This document shows positions 12,960 through 25,100 of a DNA stretch of 64,000 nt, piece after piece. Numbering within the stretch: position 1 is the first letter of the stretch; every line of letters begins with the position of its first letter. Origin of the DNA: Macrostomum lignano (taxonomy: Eukaryota); NCBI GenBank assembly GCA_002269645.1, contig NIVC01000031.1:310001-374000 (forward strand), written 5' to 3'. The notes under the pieces were generated by a model. It ran no database searches. It was not told the DNA's origin and saw only the letters and a list, made by a program, of their open reading frames with translations. The position numbers were made by a program, and so were the translations under genes.

Positions 12960-13598
12960 CCCGGTTAAAAAAATAACGGTCGCATTTCAGGGCCCTCGAC
13001 CGTCCTGCGACCGTGATGGCCGGCGTCGACTATTATTGCGACCATTCCAGCGCCCGTTAAGCACGGTCGCCGGATGCGACCATGTGAACGACCGAGTAGT
13101 CGACCATTCTGCACGGTCGATGTGTGCGACTGTGCGACTAATTCTTGCGACCGTGGCATGCGACCGTTGGTAGCGACTGTTCCGTCGACTGTTTTTGCGA
13201 CCGTTCTTCTGCGACCGTCTCTGCGACCGTTACTTCGACCATCTCTGCGACCTTGTCTGCGACCTTGTCTGCGACCGTCTCTGCGACCGTCTCTGCGACC
13301 GTCTGTCGACCGTCTGTCGACCGTCTGTCGACCGTTTTGTCGACCGTTTTGCCGACCGGCTTGCCGACCGTTCTGTCGACCGTCTTGTCGACCATCTCGG
13401 CGACCGTCTCTGCGACCATCTGTCGACCGTTCTGTTCACTGTTCTGTCGACCGTCCGTCGACCGTTTCGTCGACCGTCCGTCGACCGTTTTATCGACCAC
13501 TCTTTCGACCGTTTTTCCCACCACGGTTTCACCGTCCACCGTCCCTCCACTTCGACTGTTTTTTGGGCTTTTGTCGACCGTTTTTTCTACCGTTTTCG

Positions 13599-13649
<51 letters not shown>

Positions 13650-13660
13650 GTCTCTCTCTC

Positions 13661-13749
<89 letters not shown>

Positions 13750-15689
13750 AGCCAGGTGGAAACAGTTGCAGAAAAATCCGCCTTGAGAAGCCCCCCCCAC
13801 GATGGCTTCACCAACTCATCGTTTTTGCCCTTTCTTTACTTAGCTACTTAGAGAATGAAAAAGTGCAAGTGACTTAATGTCCAACAACGTATGGAAAGAA
13901 GCACATGATCAGGTCGTCTATTCGCAACGGAAGCTACGAAATCGGATCGGGACACGTTGAAAATTGTTTCTGCAGAACGCCAGCTGACCCATGTCACGAT
14001 TTTAACTATATGTTTTTTATGCTACCTTATATTTACGGGATTAAGAAAGGCATACTGTCTATTGGAAGTACTTCCTGAAAATGAAACTAATCCTATAAAA
14101 ATAGACGTGTGTAATCAGCTCCAGGTAAACTTCCAATATGCTGCAAGTCCCTTTTACTGAAGCCTTATATCCCTTATAAAAGTATTTTCTGCATTTTGTG
14201 CCTCTAATTAAGGGGCCTTTCTGCCATTTTCTGCTTTCATAACAAAATATTCGTATATTTTTCATTCATGGCAAACTGTGCCTCGTTTTCTAAGCCTATC
14301 CTAGCTTTATCCCATCCTACTACGGAGCCCAACTACTTAATTACATTTGTTGTTCCATTATACGAACCTGTGCATTTTACCTGACGCTTGTGTTCTCTCA
14401 TTGTATGTATACTTTTAGCCAGAAGCAATAATTAATCGATGTGGCCATTATTCCACACCTTTCAGTGACACTACCATAGATGATGGAATTCCATATATGT
14501 GACGAATGTATTTATTCATCTAGAACAGCACAATAAACCAACAACGAAACGGCAACAAGTGCAGCAGCTTCAGTGTGTGGCAAGTTATTGAAAAAATGAA
14601 TTATTTTTTTACCACTTAAACTAACACTTGCTCGTGGCAATTTCCTACTTGGGCAATGTGAGCACCAGTTTTTTCTTTCCCTTACTCCACCTACATTAAA
14701 TCTAGCACCAGCTCGATATTTAAAAATTTATGCTACTTGCCCAACACGGAGCAGCCGTGGTGGGTAAAATAGCAGCAGCAATAGTTATAGTTATAGCAGT
14801 AGCAGTTATAGCAGTTAAAGCAGTAGTTATAATTAGTGTCACAAATGTTCGCGAGCAGCGTGAAGTATGTAGCTATTAATTACTTGCTCACACGAATTTG
14901 AACGTGCAGTTTCCGAAAATGCGAGACACATGCGCCTGGGCGTTTAGCATTTAGCACTGCATTAACCTAAAATACCCATCTTACAATTTCATCTCTCCCC
15001 TCCGTCTGGCCACTTCTCTGTCACTCCTTTGGCATTTGTTCCTTTATGCGCTTCGTTTATATACGCAAATGTTTTTGTTTTTTGGTATTATTGATAACAA
15101 AAAGTAGAAAATAAACAGGGAAGAATGTCTACACTGTCTACGCTTCCTACATTTTCGACGCGTTAAATCTTCAATTTGTCGAAAGTAATAATTAGTAGCG
15201 AAAGAAAGTTTCCGTCTTTACACGCTTTTTTTCATTTTTAGACTTTTAGAACACAATACGATCTAGGGCGACGAAGGGTCGCCGGAGCAATCCAAACAGT
15301 CGCTGAACGGTCGATGAAAGGAGGACGAACGGTCGCAGGACGGGTCACAGGAACGGTCGATGAACAGTCGCAGGAACGGTCGCGGGAACGGTCGATAGAC
15401 GGTCGTGGGAACGGTCGATGGACGGTCGTGGGAACGGTCGATGGACGGTCGCGGGAATGGTCGATGGACGGTCGTGGGAACGGTCGATGGACGGTCGCAG
15501 GAACGGTCGCAGGAGTAGGTCCCCAAACGGTCGCATTGTTAGTCGCAAAGGTCGACGAAAACGACGGTCGAAAATCAACGGTCGACGCGTGACAGGCAAC
15601 GGTCGACGAACGGTCGACATACGGTCGACCAACGGTCGCGGAATGAACAGTCGCAAGCCATTTTGGCGACCGTCTTTTTTTTAACCGGG
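12960..15689. mobile_element. Non-autonomous CACTA/CMC-like DNA transposon
   Basis: 24-bp TIR CCCGGTTAAAAAAA(T/A)(A/G)ACGGTCGC (2 mismatches); 3-bp TSD AGA at 12957-12959 and 15690-15692. Dense subterminal CGACCGT motifs are oppositely oriented at the two ends. No transposase recognised inside. Confidence 0.85.
13601..13740. repeat. (TC)n/(TCTG)n microsatellite within the CACTA-like element
   Basis: Direct reading. Confidence 0.97.
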
Positions 15690-16124
15690 AGAAATCCTTG
15701 GTTTCTTGTGCAATATTTATGACTAAAATATGGTTTTTAATGTTCCCAAATCTTTCTTTTGCACTGTAAAATTTGTATTCAGCTCTTTTTCTGTCTGAAT
15801 GCGTTTCTGCTTTTTTTCTGATCTTGTTAACTCTGATATATGTTTAAGAGGGTGTCAGAATTTTCAATTCTATATCATAGCGATTTTGTGTCTATATTGT
15901 ATTGTGTACAAAATTATACTCGCTTGGCTCATTGAAACCTTGCGCGCGTTTTTTTCTCTGGATCGCCAGTCATTAATTTTCTATAATTAGACAATCTCTA
16001 TTTGATGACGAGTTTTTGTCATTTTTTATTGACTGTTTTATTCTAAACAATCTGTCCGATCAGTGACTGCGGGCTTGAGACACCACCTGTGTGCCTGCTG
16101 ATCCCCCCCCCCCGGATACACTTG

Positions 16125-16910
16125 GTCCCTTCTCTCTCCCTCTCCCTCCCTCTCTTCCTCTCCCTCTCCCTCCATTCCTCTCTGCCTCATCCTCTCTCCC
16201 TCTCTCCCTCTCCTTCCCTCTCTTCCCCTCTCCCTCTCTCTCCCTCTCTTCCTCTCTCCCTCTCCTTCCCTCTCTTCCCCTCTCCCTCTCTCTCCCTCTC
16301 TTCCTCTCTCCCTCTCCCTCCCTCTCTTCCTCTCTCCCTCTCCTTCCCTCTCTTCCCCTCTCCCTCTCTCTCCCTCTCTCTCCCTCTCTTCCTCTCTCCC
16401 TCTCCTTCCCTCTCTTCCCCTCTCCCTCTCTCTCCCTCTCTTCCTCTCTCCCTCTCCTTCCCTCTCTTCCCCTCTCCCTCTCTCTCCCTCTCTTCCTCTC
16501 TCCCTCTCCCTCCCTCTCTTCCTCTCTCCCTCTCCTTCCCTCTCTTCCCCTCTCCCTCTCTCTCCCTCTCTCTCCCTCTCTTCCTCTCTCCCTCTCCTTC
16601 CCTCTCTTCCCTCTCCCTCTCTCTCCCTCTCTTCCTCTCTCCCTCTCCTTCCCTCTCTTCCCCTCTCCCTCTCTCTCCCTCTCTTCCTCTCTCCCTCTCC
16701 CTCCCTCTCTTCCTCTCTCCCTCTCCTTCCCTCTCTTCCCCTCTCCCTCTCTCTCCCTCCTTCCTCTCTCCCTCTCCTTCCCTCTCTTCCCCTCTCCCTC
16801 TCTCTCCCTCTCTTCCTCTCTCCCTCTCCCTCCCTCTCTTCCTCTCTCCCTCTCTCTCCCTCTCCACATCTCCTCATTCTTTCTCTCCCCTTCTCCCTCT
16901 TCCTCTCTCT
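16125..16910. repeat. Compound polypyrimidine (CT-rich) repeat
   Basis: Almost exclusively C/T on the + strand, with recurring CCTCTCCTTCCCTCTCTTCCC blocks. Confidence 0.95.
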
Positions 16911-17164
16911 GCCTATCCCATTTTACATGTCAACCTTCTCTCCCCCCCTCCATACCTTTTCTCCCCGATCTCCACTATTTATCTCTTCCTCTCTCGGGTC
17001 AAAGTCAAATCCCCTTCTTATCTTCGTGTGAGTTATTATTGCAGTATTTTCTTTGTAGATGCGACGGGAAATGGGGCCCAGTCCTCCAGGCTGCAATTTA
17101 ACTGCCGAAAGATTTAGATTCGGGTCAGTGTTGGGGTTTTAAAGAAAGTTTTATACAGTATTAG

Positions 17165-17462
17165 TAATAATAATTGATTACACCTGTCCTAATGCGCCAG
17201 ATGTGCAACCGACAGCTCAGCCGCAGCTATTGCGCGGCTCATCTGAAGGCTGCGTACGGCTGTTTAGTCCAAGGACTGGGGGGTCGCCACACACAGCCTC
17301 AATTACCCCAGCTAATGCTGGCACCCATTTTACAGCTGGGTGAACTGAAGCAATGCAGAGTTAAGTGTCTTGCTCAAGGACACATTATTTTGAGTGGGAT
17401 CGGGAATCGAACCCCGACCTTTCAGTCGTGAGTCAGACGTTCTAACCACTAGGCTGCAACCT
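17165..17462 (-). mobile_element. tRNA-derived CORE-SINE
   Basis: Minus-strand head with A box (CCTAGTGGTTAG) and B box (GGTTCGATTCC). A MIR/CORE-like segment CCCATTTTACAG...GTTAAGTGTCTTGCTCAAGGACAC lies at 17324-17383, followed by a short (TTA)n tail near 17165. Confidence 0.75.
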
Positions 17463-17856
17463 ACAAGCCCGCTGTAGTAATAAAATCCTATTGGATGATT
17501 GATTAGGCATCTTTATCTTTATCTACGAGCTACATATGTATTTGATACTGTGTAAAGCAAGACTTGCGTGTGAACATTTAGGTTGAGCAATATTCGAAAA
17601 TGCTGTTTTTTCAAACTGGATAAACAATTTTAATGGAGTACGCAGTCAGAGCAGTGTGCAATGGCGGAATGAGAGCTCGGCTCACCTGAGATGCTTGATC
17701 TCATGCCGCCGCCACCTACTCAGAAACTGGCTTGTTTGCTGTTGTATTCAAACTAAGATCTGTGTTAGTTTAATAAGGTATTGTGCGAGTAATCAGTGAC
17801 GTACGCGTGGAATTTAATTTTAGGGGCTTTGCAACCTTAAAGTTTGACAAGATTAG

Positions 17857-18683
17857 GTCTCTTGGTTGGCGCCCCTGTCTCTTGGTGGGCGCCTCTGTCT
17901 CTTGGTGGGCGCCACTGTCTCTTGGTTGGCGTCCCTGTCTCTTGGTGGGCGCCCCCGTCTCTTGCTGGGCGCCCCTGTCTCTTGGTGGGCGCCCCCGTCT
18001 CTTGCTGGGCGCCCCTGTCTCTTGGTGGGCGCCCCTGTCTCTTGGTGGGCGCCTCTGTCTCTTGGTGGGCGCCTCTGTCTCTTGGTGGGCGCCCCTGTCT
18101 CTTGGTGGGCGCCTCTGTCTCTTGGTGGGCGCCCCTGTCTCTTGGTGGGCGCCCCTGTCTCTTGGTGGGCGCCTCTGTCTCTTGGTGGGCGCCCCTGTCT
18201 CTTGGTGGGCGCCCCTGTCTCTTGGTGGGCGCCCCTGTCTCTTGGTGGGCGCCCCTGTCTCTTGGTGGGCACCTCTGTCTCTTGGTGGGCGCCCCTGTCT
18301 CTTGGTGGGCGCCCCTGTCTCTTGGTGGGCGCCCCTGTCTCTTGGTTGGCGCCCCTGTCTCTTGGTGGGCGTCCCTGTCTCTTGGTGGGCGTCCCTGTCT
18401 CTTGGTTGGCGCCCCTGTCTCTTGGTGGGTGCCTCTGTCTCTTGGTGGGCGCCCCTGTCTCTTGGTGGGCGCCCCTGTCTCTTGGTGGGCGCCCCTGTCT
18501 CTTGGCTGGCGCCCCTGTCTCTTGGTTGGCGTCCCTGTCTCTTGGTGGGCGCCCCTGTCTCTTGGTTGGCGTCCCTGTCTGTTGGTGGGCGCCCCTGTCT
18601 CTTGGTTGGCTCCCCTGTCTCTTGGTTGGCTCACCTGTCTCTTGGTTGGCGCCCCTGTCTCTTGGTTGGCGCCCCTGTCTCTT
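17857..18683. repeat. 20-bp minisatellite (GTCTCTTGGTGGGCGCCCCT)n
   Basis: About 41 copies, flanked by GATTAG at 17851-17856 and 18684-18689. Confidence 0.97.
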
Positions 18684-18992
18684 GATTAGCGTCCTTTACA
18701 GTACTCCTGTATCTTAAGACCCGTGGATGCCAAATCCAAGAGATGTCCAAGTGAGCTTCTATCATACTTTAAGCATGATTGCCAAACTTTCATTTAGTCT
18801 CTATAGGGGGTGATGGAGGGGTCGCGACCCTAATGGCCTTCCTCTGCGTGCGCCACTAAGCTTAGTCATTGTATTTATCCGATGAGGTCAGGTGGCCATA
18901 AACTGAACTTGCAGGTTGTGAGAAAATCTAAGGCCAGAGGCGAGACAAACTTTTGTGTCGGAGTAAGAAACACGGATTTGGAGGGGGACAGA

Positions 18993-19678
18993 CGTGACAA
19001 AAACAGGTGTAGGGGAGTGACAAAAACAGGTGCAGGGGAGTGACAAAAACAGATGTAGGGGAGTGACAAAAACAGGTGTAGGGGAGTGACAAAAACAGAT
19101 GTAGGGGAGTGACAAAAACAGGTGTAGGGGAGTGACAAAAACAGATGTAGGGGAGTGACAAAAACAGGTGTAGGGGAGTGACAGAAACAGATTTAGGGGA
19201 GTGACAAAAAGATCTAAGGGGAGTGACAAAAACAGGTGTAGGGGAGTGACATAAAAAGATCTAAGGGTGAGTGACAAAAACAGGTGTAGGGGAGCGACAA
19301 AAAGATCTAAGGGTGAGTGACAAAAACAGGTGTAGGGGAGTGACAAAAAGATCTAAGGGTGAGTGACAAAAACAGGTGTAGGGGAGCGACAAAAAGATCT
19401 AAGGGTGAGTGACAAAAACAGGTGTAGGGGAGTGACAAAAAGATCTAAGGGTGAGTGACAAAAACAGGTGTAGGGGAGCGACATAAAAAGATCTAAGGGT
19501 GAGTGACAAAAACAGGTGTAGGGGAGTGACAAAAAGATCTAAGGGTGAGTGACAGAAACAGGTGTAGGGGAGTGACATAAAAAGATCTAAGGGTGAGTGA
19601 CAGAAACAGGTGTAGGGGAGTGACATAAAAAGATCTAAGGGGGAGTGAAAAACAGGTGTAGGGGAGTGACAAAAAAAC
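18993..19678. repeat. ~23-bp minisatellite with two alternating variants
   Basis: GTGACAAAAACAGGTGTAGGGGA alternates with GTGACAAAAAGATCTAAGGGTGA in the 3' half. Confidence 0.93.
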
Positions 19679-20036
19679 AGGTCTGCTTTTTTGCTTTTTG
19701 CTTCCTGAAAAGCAAAATTTTTCGTGGAGTTCTAAATGCAGGCGCAAATTAAGTGAAAAATTTAAATAAAAGTTTGATGCCGCTATTGCAATAACAAATC
19801 CGTTTTTAAGCGTGAATAGTTTTTGTACGTAATAAATGTTTCTAAAATTAGAAACAGTTATACGTCTTACAATTTTCAGTAGTAGTCTTTTCTCCGACAA
19901 TACAGCTGAGTCACACACGGCCTGTTCGCAAAGCACTGCTCCGCTACGCCCTAATTAGGTGAAGTGGCTTCGGCATTTACTGTTGGTTGTCCAATTACCC
20001 GTCTTAAGCAACCCTACACTGTTTCGCACTGGCGGC

Positions 20037-20630
20037 ACCCAAATTGACTCTCCTGACACCCAACTTGTCTCTCTCCTGACACCCAACTTGTCTCTCTCCT
20101 GACACCCAACTTGTCTCTCTCCTGATACCCAACTTGACTCTCTCCTGACACCCAACTTGTCTCTGTCCTGACACCCAACTTGACTTTCCTGACACCCAAC
20201 TTGTCTGTCTCCTGACACCCAACTTGTCTCTCTCCTGACACCCAACTTGCCTCTCTTCTGACACCAACTTGTCTCTGTCCTGACACCCAGCTTGACTCTC
20301 TCCTGACACCCACCTTGCTCTGTCCTGACACCCAACTTGCCTCTCTCCTGACACCCAACTTGTCGCTCTCCTGACACCCAACTTGTCGCTCTCCTGACAC
20401 CCAACTTGTCTCTGTCCTGACACCCAACTTGTCTCTGTCCTGACACCCAACTTGACTTTCCTGACACCCAACTTGTCTGTCTCCTGACACCCAACTTGTC
20501 TCTCTCCTGACACCCAACTTGCCTCTCTCCTGACACCCAACTTGACTTTCCTGACACCCAACTTGACTCTCTCATGACACCCAACTTGTCTCTCTCCTGA
20601 CACCCAACTTGACTCTCTCCTGACACCCAC
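20037..20630. repeat. ~23-bp minisatellite (CCTGACACCCAACTTGTCTCTCT)n
   Basis: About 26 copies with small indels. Confidence 0.95.
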
Positions 20631-21514
20631 CTTGTCTTTGTCTGACAAGCAGCAACGCAGATCACGATAGCTACATGCAAGGTGGATCCGTAAAGTACAG
20701 ATCAAAAGAGACATTTTATCAAGCTTATTAAACTGCTCAAAGCTTCTTTAAAGTGCTTTGGTCAATTAAAGGACTGCTCTATTTCTACTCAGCCATCATT
20801 TTTGTCAGTTTGGTCCATTTCAGCTGTAAGAGTGCCGTATAGTGAAGAATAGAAAAGAAAAATAGCTTTTTAGTCTGAAGCTTACACTGCACAAACACAA
20901 TGTCCACATTGCACACACCATTGACGATCTGGAATGCAAATTCTCAAGCAGAAACCCCCCACCACCACATACACTCGCATCTATTGTCCATTTCTGCGTC
21001 TGTCTATCTCATTCTTTCTCTGTTTTTCTTGATCGCTTCATCTTACTCGCTGCTCGGGTTTGGAGTATGACAAACTGGCTTTGGTTAATTGGCTTGGGGG
21101 GGGGGGCAGCCATTTTTCTGCTTAACCTTTTATATAGTTATAACTGAGAGCTGAAAACTCAGGCCAAACACCCGAGCCTTGCAGCTCGTTATGCTGTGCG
21201 CATTTACTCTGCACATCTTCTCACAAACTGAATTCATTTTATTAGAGGATTGCTAAATCTATGCAGAGAGAATTATGGGCCCCTGCATTCATCAGTTAAC
21301 GACTGTTTGGCTGACTTCTATTGCCACCTGCTGCGATATTGGAGGTGAGACTGGCAGGTTTAATTCAGTATTCACGACTCTGAGAATGTCAAGGTCACGG
21401 CTTAGCTAGCGTTCACAAAATAATATATTATCGAGGTCACAGTCTCATTCACAGATTTCTAGGTCGCACTTTAATTCACGGAATCATAGCATAAATCACA
21501 CTTCCGTTCACGGT

Positions 21515-22036
21515 TACATTCACAGAATCATAATATCACAGTCACATTCACAGAGTCATATAATATCTCAGTCACATTCACAGAATCATATAATATCCTA
21601 GTCACATTCACAGAATCATATAATATCTCAGTCACATTCACAGAATCATATAATATCGCAGTCACATTCATAAAATCATACAATATCACAGTCACATTCA
21701 CAGAATCATATAATATCTCAGTCACATTCACAGAATCATATAATATCCCAGTCACATTCACAGAGTCATATAATATCTCAGTCACATTCACAGAATCATA
21801 TAATATCCCAGTCACATTCACAGAGTCATATAATATCGCAGTCACATTCATAAAATCATACAATATCACAGTCACATTCACAGAATAAATCATATAACAG
21901 TCACATTCACAGAATCATATCATATCACAGTCACTTTACAGAATAATATAATATCACAGTCACATTCACAGAATCATAATATCACAGTCAGCATTCACAG
22001 AATCATATAATATCACAGTCACATTCACAGAATCAT
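21515..22036. repeat. 30-bp minisatellite (GTCACATTCACAGAATCATATAATATCTCA)n
   Basis: About 17 copies. Confidence 0.95.
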
Positions 22037-22132
22037 GTTATCACATGCAATGGCAATCATCCATCAAAAGTCTATAATAACTATTATAACAAGTATTATC
22101 TCCAACCGCCTACCAAAACCCCATCATCACAG

Positions 22133-25100
22133 CAGTGACCGCAGACAGTTTTCAAGCCCAGTTCAGCAGTCCAGTTCACTACGGCTTGGCAATCGCTGGC
22201 ATCAGCTTGGGTGCCGCAATTGTTGCCGCTCTCTTTGTGCTGCTCATCTACTGCCTTGTTAAGCGGCGTCAGAGAGAGGAGTGAGCGATCGATCTTAATG
22301 ACAGTATAGCGATTTTGTTAACTAATTTCAATTTACTAATATTCAGCTGTACAGGTGTAACTCATTGAAACTTGTTATAACTGATGACACTCACTATCTA
22401 ACATTTCTCACGATCGCACTGTCTAACATGTCTAACAGGTTACCACCTTTGTCTAACAGGTGAACACACACACTGTCTAACAGGTGAACACACACACACT
22501 GTCTAACAGATGAACACACACACACTGTCTAACAGATGAACACACACACACACTGTCTAACAGATGAACACACACACACTGTCTAACAGGTGAACACACA
22601 CACACACTGTCTAACAGATGAACACACACACACACTGTCTAACAGATGAACACACACACACACTGTCTAACAGATGAACACACATACACTGTCTAACAGA
22701 TGAACACACACACACACTGTCTAACAGATGAACACACACACACACTGTCTAACAGATGAACACACACACACTGTCTAACAGATTACCACCTTTGTCTAAC
22801 AGGTGAACACACACACACTGTCTAACAGATGAACACACACACACTGTCTAACAGATGAAAACACACACACTGTCTAACAGATGAACACACACACACTGTC
22901 TAACAGATGAACACACACACACTGTCTAACAGGTGAACACACACACACTGTCTAACAGGTGAACACACACACTGTCTAACAGGTAAACACAAACACACTG
23001 TCTAACAGGTGAACACACACACTGTCTAACAGATGAACACACACACACACTGTCTAACAGGTGAACACACACACTGTCTAACAGGTAAACACAAACACAC
23101 TGTCTAACAGGTGAACACACACACTGTCTAACAGGTGAACACACACACTGTCTAACAGGTAAACACAAACACACTGTCTAACAGGTGAACACACACACAC
23201 ACACACTGTCTAACAGATGAACACACACACACTGTCTAACAGGTGAACACACACACACTGTCTAACAGGTGAACACACACACTGTCTAACAGATGAACAC
23301 ACACACACACTGTCTAACAGGTGAACACACACACTGTCTAACAGGTAAACACAAACACACTGTCTAACAGGTGAACACACACACTGTCTAACAGATGAAC
23401 ACACACACACACTGTCTAACAGGTGAACACACACACTGTCTAACAGGTAAACACAAACACACTGTCTAACAGGTGAACACACACACACTGTCTAACAGGT
23501 GAACACACACACACACACACTGTCGAACAGGTGAACACACACACTGTCTAACAGGTGAACACACACACACTGTCTAACAGGTGAACACACACACTGTCTA
23601 ACAGGTAAACACAAACACACTGTCTAACAGGTGAACACACACACACACACACACACTGTCTAACAGATGAACACACACACACTGTCTAACAGGTGAACAC
23701 ACACACACTGTCTAACAGGTGAACACACACACTGTCTAACAGATGAACACACACACACACTGTCTAACAGGTGAACACACACACTGTCTAACAGGTAAAC
23801 ACAAACACACTGTCTAACAGGTGAACACACACACTGTCTAACAGGTGAACACACACACACACTGTCTAACAGGTGAACACACACACTGTCTAACAGGTGA
23901 ACACACACACACACTGTCTAACAGGTGAACACACACACTGTCTAACAGGTGAACACACACACACACTGTCTAACAGGTGAACACACACACTGTCTAACAG
24001 GTGAACACACACACACACTGTCTAACAGGTGAACACACACACTGTCTAACAGGTAAACACAAACACACTGTCTAACAGGTGAACACACACACTGTCTAAC
24101 AGATGAACACACACACACACTGTCTAACAGGTGAACACACACACACTGTCTAACAGATGAACACACACACACACTGTCTAACAGATGAACACACACACAC
24201 TGTCTAACAGGTGAACACACACACACACTGTCTAACAGATGAACACACACACACACTGTCTAACAGATGAACACACACACACACACTGTCTAACAGATGA
24301 ACACACATACACTGTCTAACAGATGAACACACACACACACTGTCTAACAGGTGAACACACACACACTGTCTAACAGGTGAACACACACACACACACACAC
24401 ACTGTCAAACAGGTGAACACACACACTGTCTAACAGGTGAACACACACACACTGTCTAACAGGTGAACACACACACTGTCTAACAGGTAAACACAAACAC
24501 ACTGTCTAACAGGTGAACACACACACACACACACTGTCTAACAGATGAACACACACACACTGTCTAACAGGTGAACACACACACACTGTCTAACAGGTGA
24601 ACACACACACTGTCTAACAGATGAACACACACACACACTGTCTAACAGGTGAACACACACACTGTCTAACAGGTAAACACAAACACACTGTCTAACAGGT
24701 GAACACACACACTGTCTAACAGGTGAACACACACACTGTCTAACAGGTGAACACACACACACACACACTGTCTAACAGGTGAACAGACACACTGTCTAAC
24801 AGGTGAACAGACACACTGTCTAACAGGTGAACACACACACTGTCTAACAGGTGAACACACACACTGTCTAACAGGTGAACACACACACACACTGTCTAAC
24901 AGGTGAACAGACACACTGTCTAACACGTGAACACACACACACACACTGTCTAACAGGTGAGAACGCACACACTGTCTAACAGATGAACACACACACTGTC
25001 AAACAGATGAACACACACACACACACTGTCAAACAGGTGAACACACACACACTGTCTAACAGGTGAGCACACACACTGTCTAACACGCGAACACACACAC

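Noticed and set aside
17395-17462. tRNA gene
   Set aside because: It has A/B boxes, but no convincing acceptor stem, and it runs into a CORE segment and tail, so it is a SINE head.
17040-20670. Minus-strand mini-exons (for example 20670-20631 YRDLRCCLSDKDK; QTSQFLSRWRRHEIKHL) and a Sushi/EGF-like CDGKWG on the + strand
   Set aside because: Splice-like signals exist on both strands, but no consistent, recognisable protein could be assembled; left unresolved.
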